A stretch of 64,000 bases of DNA from a virus (Duplodnaviria; Caudoviricetes). Below are positions 30,267 to 42,700 of the stretch, piece after piece. The translations under genes and the position numbers were made by a program. The stretch's first letter is position 1; the number at the start of each line of letters is the position of its first letter. Below the pieces are notes generated by a model. It searched no databases. It was not told the DNA's origin and saw nothing but the letters and a program-made list of their open reading frames with translations. The stretch lies in the IMG/VR virus record IMGVR_UViG_3300009873_000003, positions 32,001 through 96,000 of that record; one strand, 5' to 3'.

Positions 30267-30923
30267 TTGATTCGATTAATCTTAACTATCATTCTCTCAC
30301 TCATCCTTTTTTTTTCAGCTTTCTATATTCTAAAAGCTGAAACAATTGCCCCAGTCCCTCCTGTTTTAATCGCTGACGATGGTGACATCTTAACGCTTCA
30401 CTATCGCCTCCCCTATGCTCGCAGAATTGCTGTCACTTACTCCTACGCTGATGGTGCAATCATGAATCGCACTTTTCTCGAACCTGTTCAGCATCGTGGT
30501 GTGACTGCAAATTTGACGATTTTTAACGCAGCGAGTCTACGAAATGTTCAAATCGTCGTGACTTTGCAAGACAACAGCATTCACACTTTCGAGCCGAGAG
30601 TTGTTGGAGAGAATGCACTCTTCATTCCATTAGTCGATGCCAATGGTGGTCCGAACAACGCTTTCACACTACCGCACGATGGCACATTGACTTTCTTAGC
30701 TGATGGTCAGATGCGAGTGCAAGTGAGGCTTGGTGCATACGATGTGATTCATGTTAGTGTTAAGTCAACGGCTGGCACAGTGTTCGAGCTATTTTCTGGA
30801 AACGATGTTGATTCAACCTTCCCATACGATGGAGAATATGTGCAAGCGTTCGGCTACGTTGTTAATGTCAATAATTTAGCATATGAAACAATCAAATTCG
30901 AGGAAATCCATGTTGAAGAATAG
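30267..30923 (+). CDS. Secreted/membrane-anchored hypothetical protein
   Basis: Hydrophobic N-terminus; AAGGAG RBS. Confidence 0.6.
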   Translation: MIRLILTIILSLILFFSAFYILKAETIAPVPPVLIADDGDILTLHYRLPYARRIAVTYSYADGAIMNRTFLEPVQHRGVTANLTIFNAASLRNVQIVVTLQDNSIHTFEPRVVGENALFIPLVDANGGPNNAFTLPHDGTLTFLADGQMRVQVRLGAYDVIHVSVKSTAGTVFELFSGNDVDSTFPYDGEYVQAFGYVVNVNNLAYETIKFEEIHVEE

Positions 30924-31290
30924 CATAGTCATTCTTTTTTTTGTCCTGAGTCTGTTCCCTCATCAACTGCACGCAGCGGTTGAATCGTCATTTCCAACGC
31001 CTGTCATTCGCTACAGTGGCAACGAGCTTTTTCTAAACTATGAAGTCACTGGCGCTGAATATGTTGAAGTTAGTTATCGCTATCGGGATGCGACGGAACG
31101 AACAATAGTGCGCTTCAATGGCGAAGATGGAATTGTTGATATTAGCACAGTTTTCGCTAACGCTGATGAAATTCGTTTGAATTCATTTTTAGTCGTGATT
31201 GTGGTCAGCACCAGCGAAACCTATCATGAGATTCCAACTCTGTCTTACGCTGAACATTTCTACATTACGGTGGTGCTAAATGAAAGTTGA
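30910..31290 (+). CDS. Secreted hypothetical protein, weakly similar to the upstream gene
   Basis: ATG at 30910 after GAGGA; signal peptide; shared P.I...G..L.L.Y......V.Y.Y.D pattern. Confidence 0.6.
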   Translation: MLKNSIVILFFVLSLFPHQLHAAVESSFPTPVIRYSGNELFLNYEVTGAEYVEVSYRYRDATERTIVRFNGEDGIVDISTVFANADEIRLNSFLVVIVVSTSETYHEIPTLSYAEHFYITVVLNES

Positions 31291-31596
31291 CGAAGTGTTT
31301 TCGCTTAAAGAAAAGGGCTTGATTATATTCGTTCACGGCTCAGACGCAGACTAGAAGCGGTAGAAGTTTCCAAATTCCGATTCACAAGTATGTCTCTAAG
31401 GTGACAATCACAGTTGACGAGAAAATTTTCGAGGCGCAAGTTAACGAAGGCACGACAATCGTCTATGTCAATCTCTAGAAAGATGCGACAAATGTCTTAG
31501 TTAGCGTCAGTCAAACGACCGATTTCATTCAACGTCAATCATGCTAAAATTGATTCAGCAGTTCGTGAATCAATCTTAACAAATAAGGAACTTAGC

Positions 31597-31683
31597 ATGA
31601 TTGACGTCAGTTGGAACAGTTTTAACCCGCAAGTCGAACTTCCTGAAGTCTTTGACCCTGAGCTAGACGATGGCACTACCTAA
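31597..31683 (+). CDS. 28-aa acidic peptide
   Basis: AAGGA RBS; upstream TGcTAAAAT extended -10; MIDVSWNSFNPQVELPEVFDPELDDGTT. Confidence 0.4.
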   Translation: MIDVSWNSFNPQVELPEVFDPELDDGTT

Positions 31684-31747
31684 TGCTGACACAGCGCTCG
31701 AAGCAGAGTGCGAACTAGAACAAGAAATTGAAAATCTATTTGGTTAG
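31670..31747 (+). CDS. 25-aa acidic peptide
   Basis: Overlaps the previous stop and ends right at a terminator; MALPNADTALEAECELEQEIENLFG. Confidence 0.35.
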   Translation: MALPNADTALEAECELEQEIENLFG

Positions 31748-31787
31748 AAAACGACCCTAAGAGAAAAAACTCTTAGGGTCGTTTTTT
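31748..31787 (+). terminator. Intrinsic terminator
   Basis: AAAACGACCCTAAGAG/CTCTTAGGGTCGTTTT stem with T-tract. Confidence 0.8.
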
Positions 31788-31826
31788 GTTGTTGAATCTA
31801 AGCCATTTTCATGTTATGCTTAGTCG

Positions 31827-32564
31827 ATGTCACAAACCTACTGCTCGTTATCTGGTCATAAGTTAGCTCTTAAAAGTGTTGCAAATATTGCTATCTTTAG
31901 TGAAATAGCGAAGGCGAAACTCGTTGTACCTAAGCCGCCAACGTTCATTGATGAAGAAGGTCGCGAACTCGAACACCCATTCCACCCGCTTTATCATGAC
32001 GCTCTGTCTGTCTACGACTTACAAAGACATTTAGTCGCTAGTGATGCGATAGTAAAACTTTGCGTGTCGTTTGCGCAAGATTTTAACCTAAACGAGTTCA
32101 AGGAAGCCTTTGACATTGCGCAAAGCAGCGTCTTCAGTCGGACTGGTGACACGCTCGAATCCTGGGTGTTGAAGACTTACGTTTTGACTGATTTCGACAT
32201 GGCAAGAATTGTTGAAAAAACGCTATTGACAGAAACGCTAGTCTCAGCTATATTTAATAGCATCAGAGTGACGAGAGATGGTGTTGACATTCATCGAGCG
32301 AATGTTAAGAACGCAATTCAGACGCACATTGAAACAGACGCCATCATCATCGCAGGGCAACAACTTGTTTCACCACTTGATGAAATCAAGGCAGCGCAAT
32401 TTAGCATGATGAACTGGAATGAATGGCTCAAATGTGAAATTGGACTCGATGAGAAGGCGACAGCGGTGGCATTATATCGGCTTGACAGGGTTGTTGAAAC
32501 GCACAGTAACGATGTAGTTCAGCTTCACCAAGAGCGTGAGGCACGGAAAAAAGCAAAACATTAA
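31827..32564 (+). CDS. Putative tail assembly chaperone
   Basis: Position upstream of the tape measure; apparently leaderless (TATGCT 6 nt before the ATG). Confidence 0.45.
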   Translation: MSQTYCSLSGHKLALKSVANIAIFSEIAKAKLVVPKPPTFIDEEGRELEHPFHPLYHDALSVYDLQRHLVASDAIVKLCVSFAQDFNLNEFKEAFDIAQSSVFSRTGDTLESWVLKTYVLTDFDMARIVEKTLLTETLVSAIFNSIRVTRDGVDIHRANVKNAIQTHIETDAIIIAGQQLVSPLDEIKAAQFSMMNWNEWLKCEIGLDEKATAVALYRLDRVVETHSNDVVQLHQEREARKKAKH

Positions 32565-32584
32565 TTTAAGTTAGAAGAGGGAAA

Positions 32585-33094
32585 ATGGCAAGAATTATTG
32601 AAACAAACGAAGTTAGTCCAAGTGTTGAAAGAGACGGAATTGTCGAAGTGGCGAGTGTTGCATCACAGCCTGTTCCAAACAATGTTGTGACGTTGTCATC
32701 AGGCGTGCGGGTGCAATTTCTTGGAACATTGCCGCCGACAATCTCACAGCAGATTGTTGTCACCACGTTCCAGAATGCGAACCTAGATGCGAATGGTGGC
32801 GTGAAGCAGAACATGACATCAATGGAGCAATTGCGCCTAGCGAACCAAATGTTCGACTACAATCGCTCGATTCTGTCTTTCGCTCTAGCAAGAAAACTCA
32901 TCAAGCTTTACGACGGCTTGCCAGCAGATGCGGACTGGTTGGAGTTATTGAAAGTTAACCCGCAAATCCGTCAGGCGATGCCAGACTTGAACTTCAGCAA
33001 TCGCTTTCATCAAGAGCTTCTCTACATGCTTTACTATGCCTTCATGAATGAAGATGACATCGCTCTAATTAGTGAAAAGCTGTTGAATCGCTAA
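32585..33094 (+). CDS. Putative tail assembly chaperone
   Basis: GAGGG RBS; position upstream of the tape measure. Confidence 0.45.
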   Translation: MARIIETNEVSPSVERDGIVEVASVASQPVPNNVVTLSSGVRVQFLGTLPPTISQQIVVTTFQNANLDANGGVKQNMTSMEQLRLANQMFDYNRSILSFALARKLIKLYDGLPADADWLELLKVNPQIRQAMPDLNFSNRFHQELLYMLYYAFMNEDDIALISEKLLNR

Positions 33095-33117
33095 GTGCAA
33101 GACTAGAACAAGACAAC

Positions 33118-33229
33118 AAAAAAAACGACTTAGAGATTGATTTCTCTAAGTCGTTTTTGTGTTTGGACTTTTTGACGTAGTCTTCAAAAAGGCAAGATGA
33201 AGTCGAACGTGCTATAACATTTGAAGATG
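33118..33229 (-). ncRNA. Dispersed TTCGACTT-loop sRNA cassette, copy 2 (subtype A)
   Basis: TTGACA(33258-63)-17-TATAAT(33235-40) on the minus strand; near-identical to copy 1 including the terminator. Confidence 0.75.
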
Positions 33230-33292
33230 CTGATATTATATCATTTCTTTTCGTTCTTGTCAAGCATTCTCGCATCATCTATAATGAAATTC

Positions 33293-33793
33293 ATGACATC
33301 ATTTGTTCGCAAACCTGCTCATCCTAAGAAAGTCAAAAATGTTGGCATTGCGTTGCGCAAAGTTATGAAAGACATAGGTGACGAAATTAAGACTGAGCTT
33401 CAGGGCATTGTTGCACCGTTTGAGTCTAACATTAACATCATTGCGACAAGCAAGACAGATAGTCGTGACTTCACGCTAGAAATCATGGGAGACCCCAATG
33501 ACACTGCGACAATCAATGCTGCTGGGGTTAGTGTCTCGTCGCACGACTTATTAAAATTTCTTGATGGTGGCACGAGTGTCTCTTACGTCGCAATGCCATC
33601 TGACTTTGACAACGAAACGTCACCTAATTCTAAGGACACAGCGCATAAAGACTATGACAGAGACGGCATTTATTTTAGCTCTGAGCCTGGTCCTGGCATT
33701 GCGCCAAGACGTTGGCTGAAGCTTTTACTAGCAGAATATGAAGACAAGATTACTGAACGTTTGCACGCTGAGACAAAGAGGTATTTAAGTTAA
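33293..33793 (+). CDS. Putative tail completion/neck protein
   Basis: ATG at 33293 lies 7 nt after TATAAT. FLDGGT...PG.GIAPRRW resembles HK97-gp10-like proteins. Directly precedes the tape measure. Confidence 0.5.
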   Translation: MTSFVRKPAHPKKVKNVGIALRKVMKDIGDEIKTELQGIVAPFESNINIIATSKTDSRDFTLEIMGDPNDTATINAAGVSVSSHDLLKFLDGGTSVSYVAMPSDFDNETSPNSKDTAHKDYDRDGIYFSSEPGPGIAPRRWLKLLLAEYEDKITERLHAETKRYLS

Positions 33794-33795
33794 CA

Positions 33796-36700
33796 ATGGC
33801 CGAAAATTATTCGTTAGTTGTTGAACTAGAAGGCTACCAGAAATTCATCGACCAGGCTGGGTCGATTGATGAAACGATTGCTAAGGTTGGCAAGAACCTA
33901 GAGACACTAGCATCTAAGTTCACTAAGCTTGACTTTGGCACGGTGAAATTCGATACGAAGTCGTTAGAAGCGTTAGCGAATCTTGACTTAAAAGGCAAGA
34001 GCCAGTCGCTTGCTGCTGTTGCGAAACAGTATGGTGCTCTTGGCGAAGCTGTCAAAACAGTAGATGCTGCGAAGCTTGCTGAAGTTAATAAGGCACTTGG
34101 TGCTGGTGCGAAGAAAGAAACCATTGAAGGCAAGGCAACAGCGATTGGTGCACTCTACACAGAGTTGAAGAGATTTGAGAAACTTCAGCTTGGCATTGTG
34201 CCTGAGCAACTAAGACGCATTTTTGAGAGTCTTAAAGTCACAGCTAGTTTCGATGCTGACAAAATTGGTCAGGTGCATGTCGCTATTGCAGCGTTAGCAA
34301 AGGGCATGGCAAAGCTGGAAGGCATTAAGGTTAGTGACGATTCAATTCGCCAAATTAATCTGCTTTCTGTCGCTTTGAGCAACATCAGCAACAGTGAAAC
34401 CATTTCAAAGCTTGGTCAACTTGCGCCTAAAGTCAAAGAGCTAGCGAACGCTTTCTTAACATTTGGCAAGGACACGAAGTCTTTTGATGCTAGCATTTTA
34501 GCCAAGAACATTAATGTTTCAATCGAAGCGCTAATGAAATTCACAGCGCTGGCAAAATCGTTTGGTGCTGGTGTGTTCGGCGGCAAGACGCTTGAAAATT
34601 TCCATAACATGGCAAATGCGGTTAGAGAGCTAGCCAAAGCGTTCATCGAATTCAAGTCTCCAACCGAGCCTTTTGACAACGTCGGCAAAAATGTCACAGC
34701 GACAATCACTGCGCTAAAGAATTTGAAGGACGAGTTTTCGCAATTCGGTGGTGGCACAACGAAAGTCGTGAAAGAAGTTGCAGAAAGCTTTCGAGCCATT
34801 GGTGAAGCAGCGACCTCGTTAGGCTCTAGAACTAAGAGCTTTGAAAAACTCCCAGACAATATTGAAAAACTAAATCAAGCCTTGCTCAATCTAAATGTCA
34901 AGCGTTTAGAAGAGATTGCGCCAACCTTAGAGCGTGTTGCACCAGCGTTAAGGTCAATGTCTGATTTAGCGACTGTGACAGGCAGCGTTTTCACACGCAT
35001 GTCGAGTGAAGTGAAGACTTCCACTTCTGGCTTCAACTATTTTGCAACAATTGCAAATGTGGCGAAGGGTAGTTTCTCTGTCATCTCAACGACCCTTTCT
35101 GGTCTGATTGGTGTGTTTAAGACGCTCTCTCCGCTACTCTTCACAGTGGCGAAGGGGTTCTTGACTTTGCCGTTCGATGTCGTGACTTCGAGCGTTAAAA
35201 CATTCGCTGCTGTTCTCTTATCGCCGATTCGTTTGCTTGAATGGTTAGGCCGAACGACCATCGCCTTTGCCAGAGAGATACGCTTGCTTGAGATTGGTTT
35301 GAAGACCCTCTTGCTGCCGTTTAAAGCGTTAGAAGGTTTGATTGCTTTGCTTGGCAAGACATTCAATGGTTTCGTTGCAATCATTCAAAAGATTGCTGGT
35401 TCGTTTGACAACTTCCTGACGTCAGGCTCGAAAGCTAAGAAAGAAATTGAATTCTTTGGCACGAGTGCAGAGACAACGAAAGCTAAGGCACAAGCGTTAG
35501 GCACGACGCTTGACTCCCTCGATGACAAAGCTGCGCCAGTTTCAGTAGCGTTTAAGCAGATTGGTCAGAGTGTTGACTCATCAATTGATGATTCTGACAC
35601 GGCTAAGTTCGTGCGTTTCTCTTCATCACTGCAAGCCATCACAACGATTGGCAATGCTGTGATGAGCACTTTGTCGAGCATGATTAACAGCTTCAAACAA
35701 TTTTTTGCAGCAGGGTTTGAGGCCAGTGCTTCGATTGAAAACGTGCAGAAGTCCTTGAACACACTTTCTGCTGGCGACTTGATGCGAAGACAAGCGGATG
35801 GCGCTTTGACGTTAGAGTCGGCGCTCAATCAGACTGAACAAGCTTCAAAAGACTTGCTTGACCGCTATCAACTATTAGGCTTTCAGTCTATTTTCAGTCG
35901 GCAGCAACTAACTGATGCACATCAACTTGCGCAAAGCTTAGGCTTCACAACTGACGAAGCCGAATCGCTAGTCAGACAAACTGCTGACTGGGCCGCTGCG
36001 AATGGTTTGAGTGGAGACAGCATCAAGGCGCTCATCCTTCCTCTTGGTCAAATGCGCAGCCTAACGAAAGCAAACACAGTTGACATGAAGCAGCTAATCA
36101 CGGCTGGCAATGTCCCTGCTTTTGAACTACTCAGAAACGAGTTAGAGCGTTTAACTGGAACGCAAGTCTCGATGACGAAAGTGCAAGAATTGCTCTCTGC
36201 TGGCATGATTGACAGTGACACAGCGCTGCGTGCGGTCATGGCTGGGTTTAAGACGTTTGATGGTGCAGCAACAAAAGCAACAGGCACATTGAGTGGTTTG
36301 GCGAATGCGTTTGGCGATGCTAAAGAAAACATCATTCGTGGCTTCTTTGAACCGCTGCTGTCGCAAGAGGAAGGGTTAAGAGGCGCATTCACAAATCTCT
36401 TAAGCGCAGAGAACATCATTGGTGCAACGAATGCTGCTCGTGAATTTGGCAAAGTTTTTGCAGCGAATGTTGTTGGCGTTGTCAATCGAGTGGTGGCTGG
36501 TTTCAAGCTTCTAATGGCGATTTGGCAGGCGATTCCTGGTCCGATTCAAGAGTCCATTTTCTTCGGTCTGAAGTTCGCAGCAATGACTGCTGCAATTGCG
36601 TCAGGCATTTTTGTTGTCACTGCAAGCTTAAGTGCCTTAGTCACAGGTTTTGGTCTGTTTGTTGGTGCTGTCCCACTTGCCACAGCCGCTGTCGCAGCGT

Positions 36701-39700
36701 TCATCACAACGTTTGTCACGAATTTTGATGTGGTTAGAGGAAGCATTGCGCAAGTGCTCTATTCGTTTAGTGAGATGCGAGGCATTGTGCTCTCTGTTGG
36801 CAAGGCGTTGCAGCAGAGCTTTAACACTGGTGTCGTTGACCCCAAAGTTTTTGATGACTTAAGCTCACTTTCACAATCCTTAGCGCAAGGTTTGACCAGT
36901 GGACTAAGCGAAGTTGGCTCAGCGTTGGTTTCGACCTTCAATCTAGTCAAAACTTGGGTTGGACAGTTTGAAGACTTAGCAGTCAACATGTTTCGCTGGG
37001 GGAATGAGACAATTCTAGCGTTTGCGAATGGCGTCATGGCTGGCGTTGGTGCAATCTACAATGCCATTGCTAGCATTGTCAAAATCTTCACAGAGTGGTT
37101 CCAACCGCACTCTCCGCCTAAGGTTGCTAGCGATATTGATGTTTGGGGTGAGGAAACAGCGCACGTCTACACCACAGGTTTGCAGAAGGGCTTTCTGGAC
37201 GGTTTCAGAAATGTTGAAGTCAGTGTCAGTGCAGCATTTGGTGCATTGTTATCAACGTTCAAAACCATTGCTTCTGTCGGCATTTTCAGCGTCATCAATG
37301 CGATTGTCGCAGGATTTTCAGCGTTAAGTGATGTTGGTTCAATCCTCATCCTGCCTGCCAAACTTTTGCTAACGACAGCTAGTGCTTTGCTTGACTCTCT
37401 ACTCGTCATTGTGCTTGGTGCGTCATCACCATTTCTAACGCTTGAAGCGAAAGTCTACACCACAATTGCTGCCATTGCGAATTTCATCACAAAGACATTC
37501 GATGGTGTGGTGGATTTCATGGCAGGTTTCGTTGCTTCAATGTTGCGTTTAGTTAGCACCTTCACAAATTTCTTCGCAATGGAGTTTGACATCATTGGCG
37601 ATTCGTTGCTGACCTCCTTTCCAAACACGTTAGGTGGTGTGGGCAAGGCGTTGTCAGACTTTGGTTCAGAACTAAGCTCTGGCATGGAGGTGGCGAGTGC
37701 GTCAGTCAACCGTGATGTTGAAGACTTAGGAACGAAGGTTAAGCAGAACTTTGCCAACGTGATGGTTGATGCGGTCACAAGTTTGCTTGACCCTGTTACA
37801 AAGGGCTTCTCACCAACAATTCTGACGCTCGCAAATGGCGTGCGTTTGTTGCAAAACGTCGCTGTTGGTTTGTTTAATGTCTTCACAGGCATTGGCAATT
37901 TCGCCGTTTTCTCGTTGGTGAACGCCTTTCAACTACTTGGCACAATCCTGAATGAAACACTCAACATCATTCTGGCCGTTGCCTATGGCGTTGCGAATCA
38001 AATTGCCATTGCGATTAAAACGATTGTCAACACAGTTGAAATACTGGCCGACCCATTCCTTAGCGCTGGCGATAAGATTAAGAACATTTTTGAATTGTTA
38101 GGCTTCAGTGTCGAAGCAACACTCAACAACATCGTCACGACAGCACAAAGCGTGTTCGGCAGCATTAGTAACATCTTCTCTAGTTTCTCTGCGTTCGGTG
38201 CGAATGAGCTGCTGCTAACCTTCCAAAGTTTAGGCATCGCCTTTCCTTCAATCTTTGGCAACATTCAGCAAGACGTTGAGACCTTTGTTAACAACGCATC
38301 GACAGCGCTGGCAAACTTCACAACAAACACAAGTGACAACTTCGCTTCATTGCTTAGCGCTGTTGCCGACTATGGCTATGGGCTAATCTCTGCCTTTGCA
38401 GACGGCATCTATGCTGCGGTTGACATTGTGGCGGACGCTTTGTCAGCAATGGGGGACATGATTAGCTACTGGCTAGCACCAGGTTCACCACCTAACCTCC
38501 TGCCTGACATTGACGACTGGGGAACGGCGGCTGCGCAAGAATTCATTGATGGCTTTAGTGAAGCGGACCTACAGACCATCACAAATTTTGGTAACACGAT
38601 TGAACAAACGCTGGAAAAACTTGACGTAGGTGATGTAAATGTTGAGGAAGTCACCAGAGCGTTCGCAACAGGGCTCGATAATCTAAACAGAGGCGGTGAA
38701 TTTGGTTCTGATGTGATGGAGCGCATTGTCGCACTAACTGCTGACGCTGGCCCAGAGGTGCAAGCGCTCACCTCTAAGTTCAAGACACTAGCTGAAGAGC
38801 AAGCGAAGTTAAATCGCACGACGTCTCTCTACAATGCCGAACTTGCGAAAGCACAAGGCACGTTGGACACATTGAATGCCAATGAAGAAATTGACGCCAA
38901 CGCTGCGAAAATTGAAGCCTTGCAAAACGCTTTGACAAACACCTATTTGACGACTGAAGAAAGAACAAAGATTCAAACGCAGATTGACAAGCTTCAGGCA
39001 ACGAATAAGATTAAGCAACTTGAGCAGCAGAAAAAAGCGCAAGAAGAAAGCGTCAAGACGGTCACAGACTCGATTGACACGCAGAAGAAACTGCTCGATT
39101 TGTCTGATGAGTTCGATGGTGACAAGCAAGCGTCTGCTGTGACAAAGATTGGCGAAGCTGCATCAAAAAGCGCTAAGAATGTGACTGACAAATTCACAAA
39201 GCTTCAGCTTCAGCAACGGCTAGCAGGCAAAACGACTGAAGAACAAATTGCTATCTACAAGGAGTATTTGTCAACGCTAGAAGATGGCTCAGAAGAGTAC
39301 ATTAAGACACAGACTAAAATCATCGAGCTTGAGGCGAAGCTTGGTAAAGAACGTGAGTCAGCCAATAAGAAGCTGGGCAAGACTGCTCAACTTGCTGAAG
39401 AGTTTGGCAGTGCGTTAGCAGGTGGCGGTAGTCCGTTCGCAAGTCTGACGAAAGATATTAACAACAAAACGGCAGAGATTGAAAAGACAATTAATGGCAC
39501 AGTGAAAAGGGTGCAAGACACTTGGTCATTGTTTGTCGCTTCGTTCTCTTTTTCAAGAATGTCTGACATCTCTGTTCCAATCGACTTTTCAACATTGCAG
39601 AAAAGTGTGATTTCGATTGGCTCGTTGATAGGCAAGGTTGCGAAAGCGATAGACCTCGCCATCTCCTATATCGATAAGTATGTTGTCAAGAATGACATTG

Positions 39701-42700
39701 TGCGAAACGCTCTGATTGCACTGGCAACTGTGTTAACGGCTGGTGGCATTGCGTTGAAAATCAAGGGCATTGCGTTAGCGGTTGGAGCGTTGCTCACGCC
39801 GTTTAATCTAGCTGTGGTTGCTGTCACTTTGCTTGGCAGTGCGATTTTCACATTTGTGCAGCAGTCAGGTGGCTTCAGTCAGACGATTCAACGCATTGGT
39901 GATGCCTGGTCAGGGTTAACGAGTGCCTTTTCTAATTCAGCAACAGGTGGTGAGGCGGCCTTAGACTTTAGCAGCTTTGAAGGCGTTGCAAGCAGCATCG
40001 GCACTGTGCTTGGACAAGCGTTTAGTAGTGTGAAGGAAAAATTCACGAAGTTTTATGATAATCTTTCGCTTGCTTGGCAAGGTGCAATCACAAATCTTCA
40101 AACCAGCATTTCTGACACTTGGACGAACTTCACTGGCTTGTTTAGTAAGTTAAGCTTCGACTTGTCTGGTTTGAAGAAGGTTCAAGAGTTCTTCAGTAAG
40201 AATTGGTTAGAAATCATGAGTGGTGTGGCTGATGTCATCATTGGCATCACGCTTGGCCGCTGGCTGCTAATTGTGCGAGGCATTGCGCTAGTCTTGCAGA
40301 ATTTCTCCTTGCCGACCGACGTTTTAACCGAAGTCTTTGTGAACTTCGTCAACAGCATTGACAACTACATCGTCAAACCTGTTGCTGACGCTTTCGCTAG
40401 CAATTCAACCTTGCTAGGTAAGATTTCTGGTGCGCTTAGTAAGTTCTACTATGGCGTGTTGCAGGTGATTTCGACATCAGTGCAAGGTGCGTTCAAACGC
40501 TTTGGTTCAGGCAAGTTTCTAGCAAATCTAAACAATTTCTTTGACAACACAGCAATTGGCAAGGCAGTTGAACGGAACCTAAATGAAGCTGTTGTCAACA
40601 TTGTGCCAAATCTTAGCGCTAGCTTCGACTTGAGCACTTTCATCAATCAGATGTTTGCGCAGTTTGGTAACGCTGTTGCTGCTGTCAAGGCGTTTGTTAG
40701 TGACATCAAGGCAGCGTTCTCAACTGGCATTTTGGCGAACATTCTAAACGAAAACAAAAGTGCATTCAGTGAGTTCATTAGTGAAATCACCTCGCCAGCC
40801 TTCCTACAATCGTTAAGCACAATTGGCAAGGCACTAGGTATTGTTGCTGGTGCTGTGCTAGCGTTGGGCGCAGCAATCATTGATGTTGCGCTCGTTGGTG
40901 TGTTGCGGAACATTGCCGACCTTTTCATTGTCGTTGGACAAGGGTTGGATAGAGTTTTCGCTGGTTTCCAGCAACTCATCTCAGGCGACGTGCTTGGCGG
41001 TGTGAGTGAAATCTTTGGCGGCATCTTTGATGTGGTCAACGGCGTGTTTGACACGATTGGGCAGACTGTGGCTGACACTGTGCTGGCAATGGTTTCCTTC
41101 TTCAATCCAGAGTGGGCGAAAACACTTGACCCAATCGTTTCGGCAATCTCTAAAATCATTGTTGGTTTCTTAGGTTGGCAAGGAACGTTCACTAAGGTTT
41201 TCTCTGCACTTGGCGGTTTCTTCTCTAGACTTCTGCCTTGGTTTTGGAAAACGCAGAAGGCAACACAAGGCACAACGTCGCTTTTCTCTAAATTCCAAAC
41301 CATTCTGGCACCATTCAAAACAGTCGTCGCAAACGTTGGCAATGCGTTCAAGAACGGTGTCACTAATCTGCAAAAGTTTGGCGAAACGGTCCCTTATCTT
41401 AGAGGCGTTCTCTCTGCGCTCTATCGTGTGCTAGAAGTCTTGGCTAGTCCTCTAAAGCCGCTTTACGCTGGCTTGCAGAATTTAATTAGTGCGTTCGGCG
41501 GTGCCAATGTCACAGGCTCATTCCTTGGCACAGCGTTTGAGAGGTTGAAGTCTGGTCTCGGATTGTTGAGTGAAGCGTTCGCTTTAGTCTGGTCGTGGGC
41601 TAAGACGGCATATAGCGCTTTCGTTGGCCTTGCTGCACCTGTCCAACAATTCTTTTTAAGCATTGGTCGTGCCGCTGCTTCACTCCTGCGTTTTGTTGAT
41701 TCAATCCTTGGTGCTGTCGCTCACTCAACCGTTCTGCGCACAGTCATCACCTGGGTTGCGGATGTTTTCACAGCAATTTTAGGTGTGTTTAGAGCAGTTG
41801 GCTTGGCGCTATTCTCTGTCGGTCGCTGGTTCTTCAATCTGACAGCGAATGTGTTGGCGGCGCTTAAGCCACTGGAGACAGTGAAAGCGCTGATTCAAGG
41901 TTTGACGCTGTTCGTTTCATTCCTTGGTTCGGCCCTAAGTCGAGCTGTTGTCAACGTTTTAGCGTTTGGAACAACGCTCTACACAGCAGTAAATGACGGC
42001 ATCCAAAGTCTTTTGGCAATGGACTTTGTGCAACAGTTCATCACATGGTCAAGTGGGTGGGTTGATGCCATTTGGACAGGGCTAGCGACGTTTGTCACCA
42101 GTCTGCCTGAGAAAATCACATCGTGGACAACAGCGTTCACTGAATGGCTGGCACCAAACTCTCCGCCCAAGTTCCTGCCAGAATTAGCTAACTGGGGAAA
42201 GGCGATTGCTTTAGTCTTGTTGCAAGCGATGGTCGATGCGCCATTAGATTTAATCACAACGCTTGGCACGAACATTGGCACTGCGATTTTAACTTTTGAT
42301 TGGCTTCAGTTTGCGACAGAATTAGGCACGAAGATTAGTGGCTTATTCACATCGGCGATTGCCACAGTCGTCGCCATTCCAACCACGCTAAGTCAATTTG
42401 TGAATGTGACAGAGACAGAGGAAGGTGAGTTCGCTCAAAACATTCGTGACGCCTTGCCGAACTTTGATGCTGTTTTTGGCGAAGGTGTTAACGAGAAAAT
42501 CAGTGTTGGCTTAGCCGACCTTGTCACATTCAATCAAGCTGAAATCTCAACTGCGACTGACTACTTTAAGCAATTCTTTGACGCTCTGGTTGGCTTTGCA
42601 AATGTTCAAGCCATTCCTGAAGCGTTCACGACAAGTCTCTCGACCATCATCGGCTTCTTCCAGGGAGACATCACATTCCCTGAAGCGATAAAAACAGTGG

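Noticed and set aside
31280-31478. Possible frameshifted small gene (MKVDEVF... then ...FQIPIHKYV...VNL)
   Set aside because: Short, no recognisable family or slippery site; cannot be told from chance or a sequencing indel.
33069-33292. ORF 33069..33278(-) and the 33221 start of the neck-like gene
   Set aside because: They overlap the sRNA cassette and its promoter; ATG 33293 is the better start.
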